From: Negaprion brevirostris
Lineage: Eukaryota
NCBI GenBank assembly: GCA_030324005.1
Contig: JARDVH010000042.1
Location: forward strand, 83,003,332-83,067,331
DNA length: 64,000 nucleotides
Direction of reading: 5' to 3'
This document shows, piece by piece, positions 12,901 through 27,900 of the stretch (positions within the stretch are counted from its first letter, which is position 1; each line of letters opens with the position of its first letter). The notes beneath the pieces are model-generated. The model was not told the origin of the DNA. It saw nothing but the letters and a program-made list of their open reading frames with translations, and did not search any database. The position numbers and the translations under genes are program-made.

Positions 12901-15900
12901 GCTTTAACTTTGGTCAATCATCTAGCTTAGTACAAGTCAAATATTTATGGTGACATGGAAATTTTTTTTTGAAAGCATGCCTTAATAATCCAGAGAACAA
13001 ATCGCAATTGCTAAAGTATTCAGCATCCAAGGGACAATAGCAAATGTATGGGGCAAATACTATCATTGGTCCAAAAAGTTTGTTTGTAATAGCATTGTGA
13101 CAATTCTGAATGCAGAAGATAACCAATTTTTTCCCTTGAAGTACATCTCTGAATAGATATAAAGGCACAGTTGGTCCATCAGAGCTTATTAAGGATTTGA
13201 ACATTCCTGTGGGGATTGCTGTGGATTGGATTTACAAGCATATCTACTGGACTGATCGGGGCTCCAAAACTCTATCTGTGGCTTCGCTGGATGGATCTAG
13301 AAGAGTCGTTCTCTTCAACAACCTAACAGAACCAGCTTCTGTAGCAGCTGATCCATTATCTGGGTACCAACAGTTTTTCAAATTTTCAGCACCATGAATT
13401 CAAATCTAGCTCAAAGTTGAATTCTTATTGTCTTCACCACCAGATGGCATTTTAATTAAAACTTGGCAAGCTAATTATCAGTTGTAATAGCCCTCTTGAG
13501 GGGATGGGGAGGGAAAATCCATGAGTATTATACCTTGTCAAATTGACCCCCTGCTTTCTATGCAGGCAAAATGGCTTTAAGACAAATTAAAACTTGAATA
13601 AGCCACCATCTGGCTTGGTGCACATGAATCGAAATCAGGTTATAACTTCAGTACTGGGGGGTGGGAGAGAAGAGGGGAGTTTTAAACTGCATGGATCATT
13701 TGATTTGAATTCAGTAACTAGTTCTGACTCAAACTTGTATCAGATGTGTCACTATTCAGATGTTAAGTCACTTAACTGGATTTTCAGATACTAAACTAAT
13801 TTATGACTTTTATATAGGTTTATTTACTGGTCAGACTGGGGTGAGCCTGCAAAGATAGAAAAAGCAGGAATGAATGGTGTTGATCGCCAAATCCTGGTTA
13901 ATAGAGAGATTCAGTGGCCAAATGGCATTACACTTGGTAAGTCAACTATAATATTTTGCTTACAAAAACTTCTTGATGACTAAACTTCAATTATATCATA
14001 TTTCAAATTTCTCCACAGACCTTGTGAAACACAGTCTCTACTGGGTTGACTCAAAATTGCATACACTATCCTGTATAAATCTGAATGGGCAGGATCAAAG
14101 AATAGTCCTTAGGTCACTGGATTTCCTTTCTCACCCTTATGGTATTGCAGTATTTGAGGTAAGGCAGCATTACTATTACCTGTTATAATGCAAATATAGT
14201 AATCTTCAGTAGGTGGGGGAGGTCTTGAATCTGCTTTCTCTTACTCCTCAGTAAGAATTTAGCACTTGTATGCAGGGTTCTCTAAATAGCATCATTCTTG
14301 CTAAACTTCCACAAACATCTCTATCCTGCTCAGACACCTCCTGGATCTTTCAATCAAATCACCTTACTTCCCAATTCCAATGAATACAAACAGCCTTGTC
14401 TGATCTTTACATAACAATCCTCATTTCAGACCTTCTGTACTATTTTCCATGTAGTTGCATCCTCAAAAGGTGATACTGTACTTCTGATGGGGTCTCTGAG
14501 CTCATTACTTGTTCCTGCACTAGTACACATGATCCCTTTGCATATCAGACTTCTTTGTTTCTGACAAATGGACAGTTTTGCAATTCCCTGCATTATACTT
14601 CACTTGCCAGATTTTGGCCCACTTGCTTAACTCATCTATGCTTTACAGCCTCATCTTTACAACTTTCCATTTTTTATTGTCTGAATTTAGCAACCACCTC
14701 CAATCTCTTCACAGCACATGTTTTGCATGACTTTTCCTCCCTGTTCTACCCGTATCTAACATTTGTCTCTGGTAGATGTTAAGCTATTTGTAGTTTCTTG
14801 CCTTTGTTTCTATCCTTAAAGGAATTGTGTTTCCAACCTAAAGAATTTTGGGGAAATTAAAACTAGCATTTCCAACTATTTATCTGGACACTAATGTCCA
14901 TCAGAACCTGGGAACTTGTATTGCTCTATTCCGCATGTGATTGTACCTCAATTTTGAGGTGTTGCTTAATTTGATTTTTAATTGTCACATTAGTATACAA
15001 GGTATTGTTTCTTGGGTGCTGTACAATCAAAGCATACTGTTTGAAGAAAACGTGTAGAATGTTAGTTGTAACTAGAGTGGAGAAGGAACAACTTCATACA
15101 AAGTAGGGAAGAAGCTGAATCAGTTCTTGGTGGAAGAGTGTCTGGGCTGAGGTACTTGCAGATGCTGGCTACTTTTCCAAGGCAGCAGGAAGTCTATAGT
15201 CAATGGATGGGAGGCTGACTTGCAAGATGAACTGGACTTTGTTCATGACCCTTTGTAGTTTTATGGTTACTGCAATAATATAAACTCTCTCTCTCTCAGG
15301 TTGGTTGCTGAGTTAAGCATTGACCAGTTCTTCACTTTTTTGAAGCAGTCCCTCTGAAGATCATCCAATTTTCTCAGACAAGTATTACACCTATATCAGA
15401 TTCTCCCATTTCAGTTTTCCTTGTAAGCTAGGAGCAGTGGCACAGCCTTGTGGCCTGTTTTTTAGGCAATAAAGCAATAGACATGTTCTGTAACAATGGT
15501 CTAGAATATTTGGGCCTCTAGATATTTTATCTTCTACAGAGAATGATGCAAAATGCATTTTTGGTTCACCTGCCACCCCCCCCATTTTGCATTAAATTCT
15601 CTCTACTCTCGTAGGACTAAATTTTTTTTCCTTCCTGGTCAGTTGCTTTTGTTCTGTCACTTTTTGGATAATGTGGATGGTCAATCTTCAACTTGATGGA
15701 ATATCTATTCTATATTCTGAAATATCCCTGTTTGCCACTACATCCTGTATTGACTTGTCTCCTTTTTGCCTGTTTAATAGCTATACCCTCTTTTCCCTGT
15801 AGTTCACTAGTCTGGACCCACTCCCTCTTTCCCCTTGCATTAAAAGTAAATTATTGATTGCTGGCCATTAATCACATTGCACAATACTAGGTCTTGTATA

Positions 15901-18900
15901 ACTTTTTTCTAGTTAGCATCATGTTCTAACTGGTTACCTTTGTCCATCTGACCTACTTTTCAATCCATATGCAAATTGAATTTTTTTTTTTTGCCTTTTG
16001 ACCACTGGACATCCCAATGCCATTTTTAATGTAGTAAGCAGTAGCTAATTTGTGCAGAGCAAACAAAACAGCAATATGACAACCTTGGGTCAGGACACTA
16101 GTGAATTTGGTTTAAAATTACTTTTAAAGTATTTCAGGCACACCACCTTGCCACTTGCCTGGGACCTCCTGCCACTTCAAAGTAAGCATAAAATATTGGT
16201 TCTATATCTCCATTTAATGATTTTGATCCTGTTTATTGTGTACTGACAAACTTTGGTTCAATTGGGTCTTCCAAGCAATTGTATTTGTAGCTGTTATCTT
16301 GCAATAAAAAATCAATATCTTCCAGGATCGTGTTTTCTGGACTGATGAAGAAACAGAAGCAATCTATGGAGCCAATAAGTTCACTGGAGCAGATTTGGAG
16401 ACACTTATTTCTAATCTCCAGGAAGCACGGGATCTCTTAATTTACCATGAGCTAATTCAGTTGCCTGGTAATGCTCAGCTATTTTTCCAGTCTAATTTTT
16501 AGCTACTCCTTGTGCAAATTTACTACATTTGCCTTAAGTGCAGACACTGCACTCAACACTAAGTTTCTAATTGGCTCTCAACCTGCTCTAATTAACCTTG
16601 ATCAAGCTACTATAAAACCCTACTCTAGGTGTAGTTTCCAAAAACACCAAATACTACTCCTGTAGCAATTTCCCACAATTTTTGGGCTTTGTGCAGAATT
16701 TTAAAACTTGCTGTAAAATCATGAGCAAAGGGTATTTGGAATAAGTCAAATGTGACATTGCCATGTTCCCAATTTTNNNNNNNNNNNNNNNNNNNTTTGC
16801 AATACTCTGGATTGGCAACACAATACCATATCAACAGACACAATCAAATTTCTCCACAATTTGACATTTATAAACAATCCATGTTGGCACCTAGCAGTTG
16901 AGTGAAGAATTGATCTCTTGCTTATGGCAATTTGTACATCTAATTCTGCATTTGAGGTGCAAGTAAAAAGGAGCTGTGTAAGACATGTAAATTTGATTAT
17001 AATTTTGATATTCAGAATACTTCAGGTAGTGATATTGGGAATTTCTTACAGGCAAGAACTGGTGCAATGAGAGTGGAAGCTGTGAATACATGTGTCTTCC
17101 TGCTCCTCAAAAAGACACCACCTCTCCCAAGTACACTTGTGTGTGCCCATATGGAATGAAACTGGAGCATGGACAAAAGTGCAGTACAGGTACACCTAGG
17201 CATCTAACTACAGTTAGCAAAACTTTTGGCATGGACTTTTTTCAAAATGCTCAACTTCAACCCAAACTTTCTGGACATGAACCTCAGCATTTCATCCAAT
17301 AGCCTTTTTTCCATGAGCAATAACTTTAAATTGTCTTGATATCTAAAACTTTCTCTTTCAGACACAATAGCCTGTGGTATTTATGAATTCAGTTGTGGGC
17401 CTGGATCTCTTGTGTGTATTCCTATATCCTGGAAATGCGATGGAGCAAAGGACTGTGCTAATGGTCATGATGAGGAGAACTGTGGTAGGTTGATTACCTG
17501 CTCAGTAGCTAACAGCAACCAATGGTTGCTATCAGCTGTTGTGTATTGTCTCCATTCCCTATCAGTGCCTAAAAGCTCTTTATGGAAAGCAGGGCCATCA
17601 GCAGTTCACATTGATGTACATCCAGTACCATAATGAGTCATGTTTGGCTTTTGAGGGGCAGAAGGGACCTCTTGTAACCATGGCAGACTTCTGTAATGCA
17701 TTCTGTACTCCACAACTGGCCCCTCAGCCTCACTCAAATTTCAAGCAATCTGTTTACTAAATCCTTAAGATCACATGAAATGTCAATGGTTTCCTTTTGA
17801 ACTAAATCTAGCATTTTCTGCTGCAATCTTAGTCACATGAATAGTATGACAATATTGAAGTCTATGAAATCTGAAACTGGTTAGACAAAAACAAATTGTG
17901 CTGAAACTTGTTAGACAGCATCAGGGAGAGCACTCTTGTTTACTGACCTTTGCAAACAATTTTATTACATATACAAGGTCTCAAGTCTCACTGAAATTAA
18001 CTTTTTTACTTCTGTCTTCAGGCACCCTTACTTGCAGCATGCTAGAATTTACTTGCTCCAGTGGCAGATGCATTTCCAACTCCTTTGTTTGTAATGGTGA
18101 AGATGATTGTGGTGATGGGAGTGATGAAAAAGGATGTACTCAGTCTATCTGTGGTTTACATGAATTTCAGTGCAATAGTGGTTTAGAATGTATCCCTTCA
18201 AACTGGGTGTGTGACAATAATATTGACTGTACAGATAAGTCTGATGAAACTGCCAAACAATGTGGACACACTCCTGCACCTCTTGAACCCTGTTCTACCA
18301 ATGAGATTATGTGTCATTCAGGTGAATGCATCCACCGCCAGTGGTACTGTGATGGTGATCGTGATTGCAAAGATGGAAGTGATGAAATAAATTGTCGTAA
18401 GTAAAGCTCTTTTTCTCTTGCACCTACTGTCACTTTTTAAGCCATTGAGGAGTTTAGAGGAAGCTCTCTAGCAATGAAAAGTAAACTGATTTTATTTCAA
18501 AGCATTTAAGGCTCAATTTAACCTTAGTCTAGTATCAGCAAGGAATAAAGCTATTAGTTCAATTTGTAATGTAAATTGCAATCTTTTTAAGCTCCTCGCA
18601 CTTGTCGGCCAGATCAGTTCAGATGTGGTGATGGTTCCTGTATCCGTGAGAGTTTGAAATGTAATGGATACAAAGACTGCAATGATGAAAGTGATGAAGT
18701 TAACTGTAAAAATGGTAAGAATCTGCAATCATGTTGCAGCTTATTCCTTCCCCAAGATCAGATTGGATAAATGCAATTAAAAGGCAAATTGATGCATCAA
18801 TCATGCCATGTTTAATAGTGCCCCAGTCAGTCATTTGATTTTGGGCTGCTAATCTGAAAAGTGGCAATGCCAGTGTTAAACTGAAATGATCACTAAGGAG

Positions 18901-21900
18901 ATGTTAAGTTTCACAAATCCTTACACCTGACAATTGAAAGCAGGTTAAAGGATTTGGTTCCTGGGAGTTTAAGATTGGAGGGGTGGAAAGTAGTAGATTT
19001 AGTCATGTTTGCAAATTTTGGGAGCGTTGAGTCAATGGCTAGGGAAAATGGCTAAATCTTTAGTTTTGGACTGGCTTTGGTAACTGAAGTTAGTTGGCAG
19101 TGTTTTAAGCCTGATATGACCTGTGCCCTGCACTTCAAATGGAGAAGAAACTTTTTTGCAAAATCTTGCTGTGAGTCAGGGCATTGTAGATCAGGAGTTC
19201 TCCCACTGAACTAGTGTTTTGGCAGAGATCAGTGCTGGGACCTCTAACATATTCATTGAAAGAAAATGTAGACTGGTATGAATAGTATCTGCAAATTTAC
19301 TAAACAAATTGTGGATAGTTGTCAAGAATACAGCAGGATATAGGCTTAAATTAGGCAGAGATGGCATTTTAATCCCAACAAATCTAATTTTGGGTGCTCA
19401 AATGGCAGTTCCATCAGGAGCATAGACACAGATCTAGGAGCACAGATGTAAGTGACAGCACAAGTACTGAAAGCATATGGCATGCTTGCCTTTGGCTGGG
19501 CATAAAGTATGAAAGTTGGCAAATTGTTGTACAATGTTGGTTGGCCACATTTGGAATATCATGCCCCAGTTCTAGCCATCACACTACCAGAAGGACATGG
19601 AGGCTTTGAGTACAGAAAAGGTTAACCAGAATGTTGCTTGTTATGGAGGGTATTGACTAATGAGAACTGCAATTGTTCCCCATAGGCTGAGGGGTGACCC
19701 GAGGCATAAAGATGAACAGTTTGAAGNNNNNNNNNNNNNNNNNNNNNNNNNNNNNNNNNNNNNNNNNNNNNNNNNNNNNNNNNNNNNNNNNNNNNNNNNN
19801 NNNNNNNNNNNNNNNNNNNNNNNNNNNNNNNNNNNNNNNNNNNNNNNNNNNNNNNNNNNNNNNNNNNNNNNNNNNNNNNNNNNNNNNNNNNNNNNNNNNN
19901 NNNNNNNNNNNNNNNNNNNNNNNNNNGGCCAAGGAGCCTGTTCCTGAGTTGTACTATTTTTTTTTTTTGTTCTTGGGCATGGTAGCATGATTGACTGCCA
20001 GATTGGCTGTCAAAAGTTAAACAAGCATTTGAAGGTTCACAATAGTTTTCCAACAGTGTCATTTCAAACTCTCTTGCAGGTACAGAATGCATGACACCAA
20101 CTGACTTCAAATGTTTAAGTGGAGAATGCATAGATATTAACAAAGTATGTAACCACTTCCAAGACTGCAAGGATCGAAGTGATGAGCCCCGTGAATGTAG
20201 TAAGTGGAGAATTTTATGGCTGAAATACAAATGTTGCAATGGCTTCATTGATTTCTCACTGAGGTGGGAGGGATGGGGAAAAGAACTCCAAGCCAGATTT
20301 GACTTTTTGGGCATTAAGATTATCAATAGTTTAATGAACAAATTTTATTATTTTTCATCCTCTAATACTGCCAGGTCTTTGAATTAACATTGGTCTGGGT
20401 CCCCAATAGCTCTTCAATTTCTACTACACTTCAACATCCTGAGCTGTGTGTGTGTGTGTGTGTGTGTGTCTTCCATTCAGTACCCACTGGAATGTTTATC
20501 AATCATCACTTGATTTGTGCCTTTTTAACTCCTAATTAAAAGGAATGCAATCTGACCTAGTTACAATCATTTTAGTAACACTACCAATTAAGGTGTAGTG
20601 GCCAAAACTGATATTTTGCTACTCTTGAGCATGTTCTGAACAGTTAGTTCATAACTTCCAAACAAAGATCAATACTCATTGGTACTGTGTATCTTGCAAT
20701 TACTAGTTAGAATATTCTAACAAGAGAATGACTCCTTCTACTCCATAAATGGAAGTGTCCAATCCATATACAAGCCTGTTCCAGATATCCTTTTAGTGGA
20801 TGTTCACAGATATTTAGACATGACTTGCCTTCATCTATGGTAATCCAATTGATTTTTCTAGTTGTTTCAATGTCTTTGTAGTGGCACAATATTGGCAATT
20901 GTCCAATTTTTTTTTTTGTTTGCAGCCTTGATCATGCAATAACTAACTCCTGCCCAATATCCTGGGGTGGAATGTTTTCATGTTAGATTTTTCTATATTC
21001 AAAGAGTTTGCCTTGAATGTTTTTTTTATGGTATTGACTTGTCCATTTCCTGGTTCCTAATTTCAATATTCTCCACTGAATAATGTGGGCTCATGTGTCC
21101 ATGTCCTCCAAACTGTAGATGAACTTCCTGTAGCAGGTGTTCCAATGTTTTTGAAACATTGGTACTTTAAAATTTCAATTTCTCTTTAGCTGCTTTCCAA
21201 AATGAAGGAATCAGCAAATTCAACACAAATTTTAGATGTGGATTGTGGAAAGAATACATTTTTCTTCAATCACTTCTTTTCTGTCTTAAGAGACAAAATT
21301 AGTGTAGGAACAGGCCCATCAGCCCTCCAAACCTGCACTGACCATGCTACTTGACTGACAAAACCCCCTAATGTTCCAGGGACCATATCACACTCTTCCC
21401 ATCCTACTCTTGTATTTGTCAAGACATCCCTTAAGTCACCTTGTATCTGCTTCCACTATCTCCCCAGCAACAAATTCCAGGCACCCAGCACCCACTTTTT
21501 TTAAAGAAAACACCAGCTCCTTTTTGAACCTTGCACCTTTTTTAAACCTGTGCCCCCTAATAATTGATTCTTCCACGTAGGGGAGAAAAAAGCTTCTGAC
21601 TATTCACTCCCCATACCCCTCAATCTTGTAGACTTCTTGGGTCACTCCTCAACTTTTCAGTGAGAACAAACCAAATTTCTCCAGTCTCATAACTGATGCC
21701 TCCCATACCTGGCAAGTCTTTTCTGTATCCTCAACCCACCAATCCTGGTGTGGCAACCAGACTTGCCCACTAATTCCAAGTGGGCCTAACTAAATTTAAA
21801 AATTGGCAAGTATGTTGCAGCTTTTCAAACCTCAGTGCCCTGGTCCATGAAGGCAAGCATGCTATATGCCTCCTTGACTATCTTCTCAACCTGTGCCACT

Positions 21901-24900
21901 TTTTCAGTGACCTGTACACCCAGATCCCTCTGCCTGCCAATACTCCCAGGGCTCTGCCTTTTACTATCTGTATTAGACCTTCCCAAAATGCATTACCTCT
22001 TGTCTTTATTAAATGCCATCTGCCACTTCAAGTCTCTAACTGAACTGTATCCTGCTGTATCCTCTGGTCCTCATCACTGTACAAATCCACCTAATCTGTC
22101 ATCTGCAAATGTACTAATCAATCCAGTTACATTTTTCCTACAGCTTTGTATATTACAACAGCAAGTCCCAGCACTGATCCCTGAACTTGTCACAACCTTC
22201 AGTTAGTACATCCTTCCTTTGGTCACCTGTTTTTGACCAAGCCAGTTTTGCATCCACCATAGTCAGCTCACCTCTGATCCCATGCAACTTCACCTTTTTT
22301 CTGCCTCAGTCTGCCATGAGGAACTTTGTCAAAGACCTTGCTGAAGTCCATGTAGACAACATCCACTGCCCTACCCTTAGCAATAAGATCACTTGATCAA
22401 GTTAGAGACATGACCACTCCTTAACAAAACCATGCTGCCTCTAATCCATTACTTCCACATAGGACTAAATCTGTCTGATTTTTGCCTTTGATTTAAGGCT
22501 TACCAGCCTGTACTTCTGGATTCCTGCTACCCTTTTAAACAAAGGAAGAACATATAGCTACTCTCCAATCCTCTGTATCCTCACTGGCTATAGGGGAGGC
22601 CCCCGCAATTTTCCTCCCTTGCCTCAGTATTCTGAGGCATATCCATCAGGCCCTGGGGACCAGTCTAAATGTTTCTCAGAACCCCAGTACCACCACCCAT
22701 TTTGATCTTGGGCTCCAACTATCTACACACCCTTTCCCAGACTCCTCCATCACCAAGCCCTTATCAGTATGCAAAGTCCTCATTTTAATACCTTGCCCAT
22801 TTCTTCTGCCTCCATGCATAGATTCCCTCCCCCTGTTCTTGAGTAGGCCATCCCCATCCCTGGTTACCCTTTGCATTTGTGTATTTAAAAAGCCTTGGGT
22901 TTTTCCTTTTAATCCTGTTGGTCAAGAGTCTTTAGCAACCCTTTTTAGCTCACCTCACTAAATTTTTCTACATTCCTTGTATTCCACATTTGCTGGGCAC
23001 ACAGCTTATTTTTGACCAGGCTCACATCTCAATCTAAGATTCCCCAAACTTGCCATAATTATTCTTCTTTACAGATGTGGTGGTCCTGAATCCCTATCAG
23101 CTTACACTTGGTCTACCACATGTCAGATGTTGGTTTGCCTTCATATCTGTCCCAATCTACATTCTTCTCTTCCTGCCTAATATTGTTAGCCCCCCAATTC
23201 AGCACAACTTGAGGACTATACTTTATCCATCAGTACCTTTTTTAAAAGCTTACTGATTTGGGGTCACTGTTCCCAAACTGTTCTCCTACCAAAACAGTGA
23301 CCACCTCACCAGGTTCATTCCCCAAATATCAAGTCCAGTACAGCCCCTTTCCCTAGTTGGACTATCTACATTCTTTCAAGAAGCTCTCTTGGATGCTCCT
23401 TACAAATCCTGCCCCCATCCACAACCTTAGCACTGAGTCCCAGACTATAGGAAAGTTTTTAAAATCTCCCACCGCAACAGTTACTTTGACACCTTGTCAA
23501 AGTCTGCCAACATATCTGTTCCTTTCTCTGGCAGTTGCTTAGCCTATAGTAAGCCCCCAACATTGACTACACCCTTCTATTCCTGAGCTCTATCCATATT
23601 GCCTCACTGAGCCTTCTGCAGTGTCCTCCTGCAGTACAGCTATTCTTAACCAGCAGTGCAACTCCCCCCACACTACTTTTTGTTTCTTTTCCTCTATCAT
23701 AGGATGTTAAGCTGCCAACCCTTAACCAAGTCTCTGCAATATTCTAAATTCCTATACTTGTCCAAGCTGAGTTCATCTGCCTTCCCTGTTAGACTCTTCA
23801 CTTTGAAATAAATGCACTTCAGTCTACCAGACCCTCTTTGATTAGCAACCTCACCACCCTGCCTGCTGTTTGAGTCTTGCTGCTTTTGTTTTCCTTTTTT
23901 TTCAGCTAATTCATCTTTGGTTTCCCTGCCAAATTAATCTAAATCCTCCCTGGTGACACTAGCAAACCTCCTCCTGGTCAGAATATTTTGTTCTTGCAGT
24001 TTAGATGCAACCCATCCTTGTACAGATCCCACTGCCCTGGAAGAGACCCCCCAATAGTCCAGCTATCTGAACCCTCCCTCCTACACCCAGCTGTTTAGCT
24101 ATGTGTTGAGCTGCACTATCTTCCAATTGCAGTGCAATACATACATTAAGTGCACTAGAATGCATTGGTGTGGGCTGTTCAGAACTAAGGATGTCACAGC
24201 AGTGAACACTAAGTTTTGAATGTTAGCTGTAGTTTTGCAATCAGCCTCATCTGGCTGAAATTGACCACTTGCTACATTTACTAATGCAAATGAGGCACCA
24301 TCATTCATCTACAAAATACCTCCCTTACTGAAAGACTTTCTTATAAAACTTTACAAGATTCATTGTTCAGTATTGTGATTAATGGCCAGAATTTCCCACT
24401 TATTGCACTCATCTCTTGGCACAAGTGATTGCTGCATCAGTAAAGTTTTGACATGGACCAAATGGTTTGAATTAATCACTTTGCTGTTTCTGGCAATTTG
24501 TGCTTTTTGGCCTTGAGGTCAAGGTTTTTTTAGATACAGATGTCCAAAAGGTTCATTGTTAAAACACTCAACATTTTTTTGAGTTAACTATTATCCAACA
24601 AAATTTTTAAATCACAACTTCAGATGCTATAGAGGTTGGGAGTGAGGTTAGGCCTGGCTCAAACCACCACCTCCTCACCCCCAATGACTTGGAAACTTGT
24701 TTTCTCCCCTTTTGAAGTAGCAGTGGCAGATGTGGCACATTCATGAGCACTGCTTTTAGTGCTGATTCTGTTTTCCAAACCACTCTTTCCAGGGCTGGTA
24801 TAGGTATATCCACTGTCCCTGGAATGAAGTTTCTAGGATTTGGATTGTATTGATTTGAAAAATGGTGTCTTTTCAAGTAAGCATTGATTTGGAGAACCTG

Positions 24901-27900
24901 ATGTCTCTCTAATAACACCTCAGTAATGATTTGAAAGTTTGCAATGGATCCTCTTGGTATATCTTACAGCCTTACATTTCAGAGGGAGTGAATCATCAAG
25001 GTGGCAGATGGGGCTCTTAAATGTATTGCACTGGATGGTGTGCAGCTCAATGTTGATGCACTTCCCACACAACTGAAGTGTAGAGAAGTTCACCCCACAC
25101 AACCTGTTTTAAATATATTGTAGCTTGTCAATGGTGGGGATTCAGTGCCATTAAATGTCACCTGGTTTTAGTACAAACAGGGATTTGAAGCATATAGCCT
25201 TATCAGTAAGTGGACCAGAAGCCTGGCCATCTTGGTTCGAGGTGATGTATCATCCAATTGCACTTCCAGCTGAAGACATCCCCTTTTTTACCCACATGCT
25301 CTACCAACTTTCTGAATACAGGTGCTTGTGTCAAGACTACAGTGATTTTTTTTTTGGATATGGGTCACCATGCATGTAGCTTTGCTTGGTGCTACTCATA
25401 GCAAGTATGCTCTGTTGCTTTGAACAAATTGTTTCCATCAATTTGGTAAATGAGGAGAAAACACCTTGCATTTTGTTGCTGGCCTAAAATAACACTATAG
25501 GGGCTCCCAGAGTTGCTAGATCTCCAATGCTGTCCATTCATGAACTGACTATCTTTTTAAAGTTATCAGATACAATGAAGCCAGTTATAAGCCTCTGTTT
25601 GGGTTGTGTGGCATCAACTCCATACTGAGCTACTCATTTTATACTGGAGTTGCCTCCCTAAGTCATTGGGTTGACCCGTAGAATATGGACTACAGCAATT
25701 CAAGAAGGCAGCTCACTACCTTTAAGGGCAACTAAGGATGGGTAATGTTGGCCAGCCAGTGACATGTCCCACAAATGGGAAAATCTTGCATGCCATGCCC
25801 TTGCTGTTCTCCACTTCCTGTGATCAACATGGAGTACTCATCTGTTTTGGAACACTGGTCAGCAGAAGGTTTCCTTGCCCATTTTTTTGAGTCTAAACTG
25901 CTGTGGGGCAGGACAGCAGTAACTGTTTGCCAATGTTAGCTAGTTTAAGGGTTCTATTGATTCATAATTGCATTGAACAAATCTCCTAGTAGGGAGATTA
26001 GTGCTTTGTCTAATCTGCACTCTAAACAATGGCTTGAAGTGAGTTTAGATTTCCAAGCTATTTCTACACTAAAAATTGAACAAGTACCAATTAAAATTGA
26101 TCCTACATATTGAAACCCCTTTTGGCTTTATGGAGGTTTTAAAGTCAAGTAGACAATTAGGTTTTTGTATACAAATATACATAACTGTTTTTTGCAGATT
26201 TGAATGAATGCTCAGTGAATAATGGTGGCTGCATGCATACCTGTCAGGATCTTGTTATTGGCTACAAATGTGGATGTCCTCCTGGCTTTGAGTTGGTTGA
26301 TGACAAAAACTGTGGAGGTATGTTTTTCTTGCTGTTCAATCTATTCTGTAAAGTTTGTAATAGCTTGGTGAAACTGATTAGAATATCTACATTTCTGCAG
26401 ATATTGATGAATGCCAAGATCCTGGAACTTGCAGTCAAATTTGTACCAATCTGATGGGAAGCTATAAATGTGACTGTCACAGAGGATATCATATGGATCC
26501 TGTGAATGGTGTTTGCAAGGCAATAGGCAAGTAGGAATTTATATTACAATGTTAACACTTGAAAGTAAAATCAGTTTCATCCATTTATGGTAAATGAGGA
26601 CTCCATCCTAAGATTCATAATATCTATTAAATCCTGAGCGTGTTCAAGATCATTGGCCCAGATAATGAATAATGGGGAAACTCTTAGCAAGAACCTAGTC
26701 TGACAAATGAGCAATGACCTGGAATGCACTGCCTCTGTATTAGGGGGAAAATGCACCTGGAAAACAAGGAAGTGGGGGCTTTGTTTCCAAGTATAGATGC
26801 AACAGCTGAATTATATTTAACTGAAACATTAGCAACTAATGTTCAACTAATTGAATCACTTATGATGCAGGATATCATTCAGCCCATCAAGTCTGCCCCA
26901 ACTGAGCCTCTTCCCCTATCCATCCCTATAACTCTGCATTCACCATGGCCAATGTACCTAACCAGCACACGTTTGATCTGTGGGAGAGAACTCCATGCAG
27001 GCAGACAGTCACCCAAGACTGGAATCAAACCTGGGTCCCTAATGGTGAGGCAGCAGTGCTTGCTACTCCTGCTGTGCACATTGAATTCTATTCAAATATT
27101 CATCTCATGCCCTTGTCAATTGACACAGCCTGTAGCACATTTGATAGTATATCCAGGACCAAACACTCAGTGAATTTTTCTCATTTGCTTTTGCAAATCA
27201 GTCCCCTCCCCTTTATTCAATTAACTACAAATTCAGATCTGTAACATTGAATGCAAATTTGTGTACACATAAGCCCTCACCAACCCTTCTGCCTCTTCAA
27301 AACAAAAACCTAGGTTAGTTAATTGACAATCGTCAGATGTTCCAATGACCTTCCCTCCATTGTAGGATCAGAAGTGGGGATGTTCACAATGTTCAGTATT
27401 TGCAACTCAGTACTGAAGCAGTACATGTTCAAATGTAACAAGATCTGGCCAATATCAGACTTGGGCTGGCAAGNNNNNNNNNNNNNNNNNNNNNNNNNNN
27501 NNNNNNNNNNNNNNNNNNATCAATAAGCAACACTCAATGTCAAGGAGTGCCAGTTAATGGTGTAACCATCACTGAATCCTTGATTGCCAACATCCTTGAG
27601 GTTACCACTGACTAGAAACTCAATTGGACTCACCACATACAGCCTATAAGAGACTAGGAATACTGGTGGCAAGTGACTCCCTAAAGCATATCCTCCATCT
27701 ACAGGGCTCAAGTCAGAATGTAGTGGAATACTCTCTACTTGCCTGGATGGGTGCAGCTCCAACAAAAGCTAGACACTATCCAGGACAAAGTGGCAGTAGT
27801 ATGTACTTGCAACAAGATGCACTGCAGCAATTCACCAAAAATCCTTAGCACCTTCCAAGCCAATGACCACTTCTAGAAGGACAAGGGCAGCAGATAAATG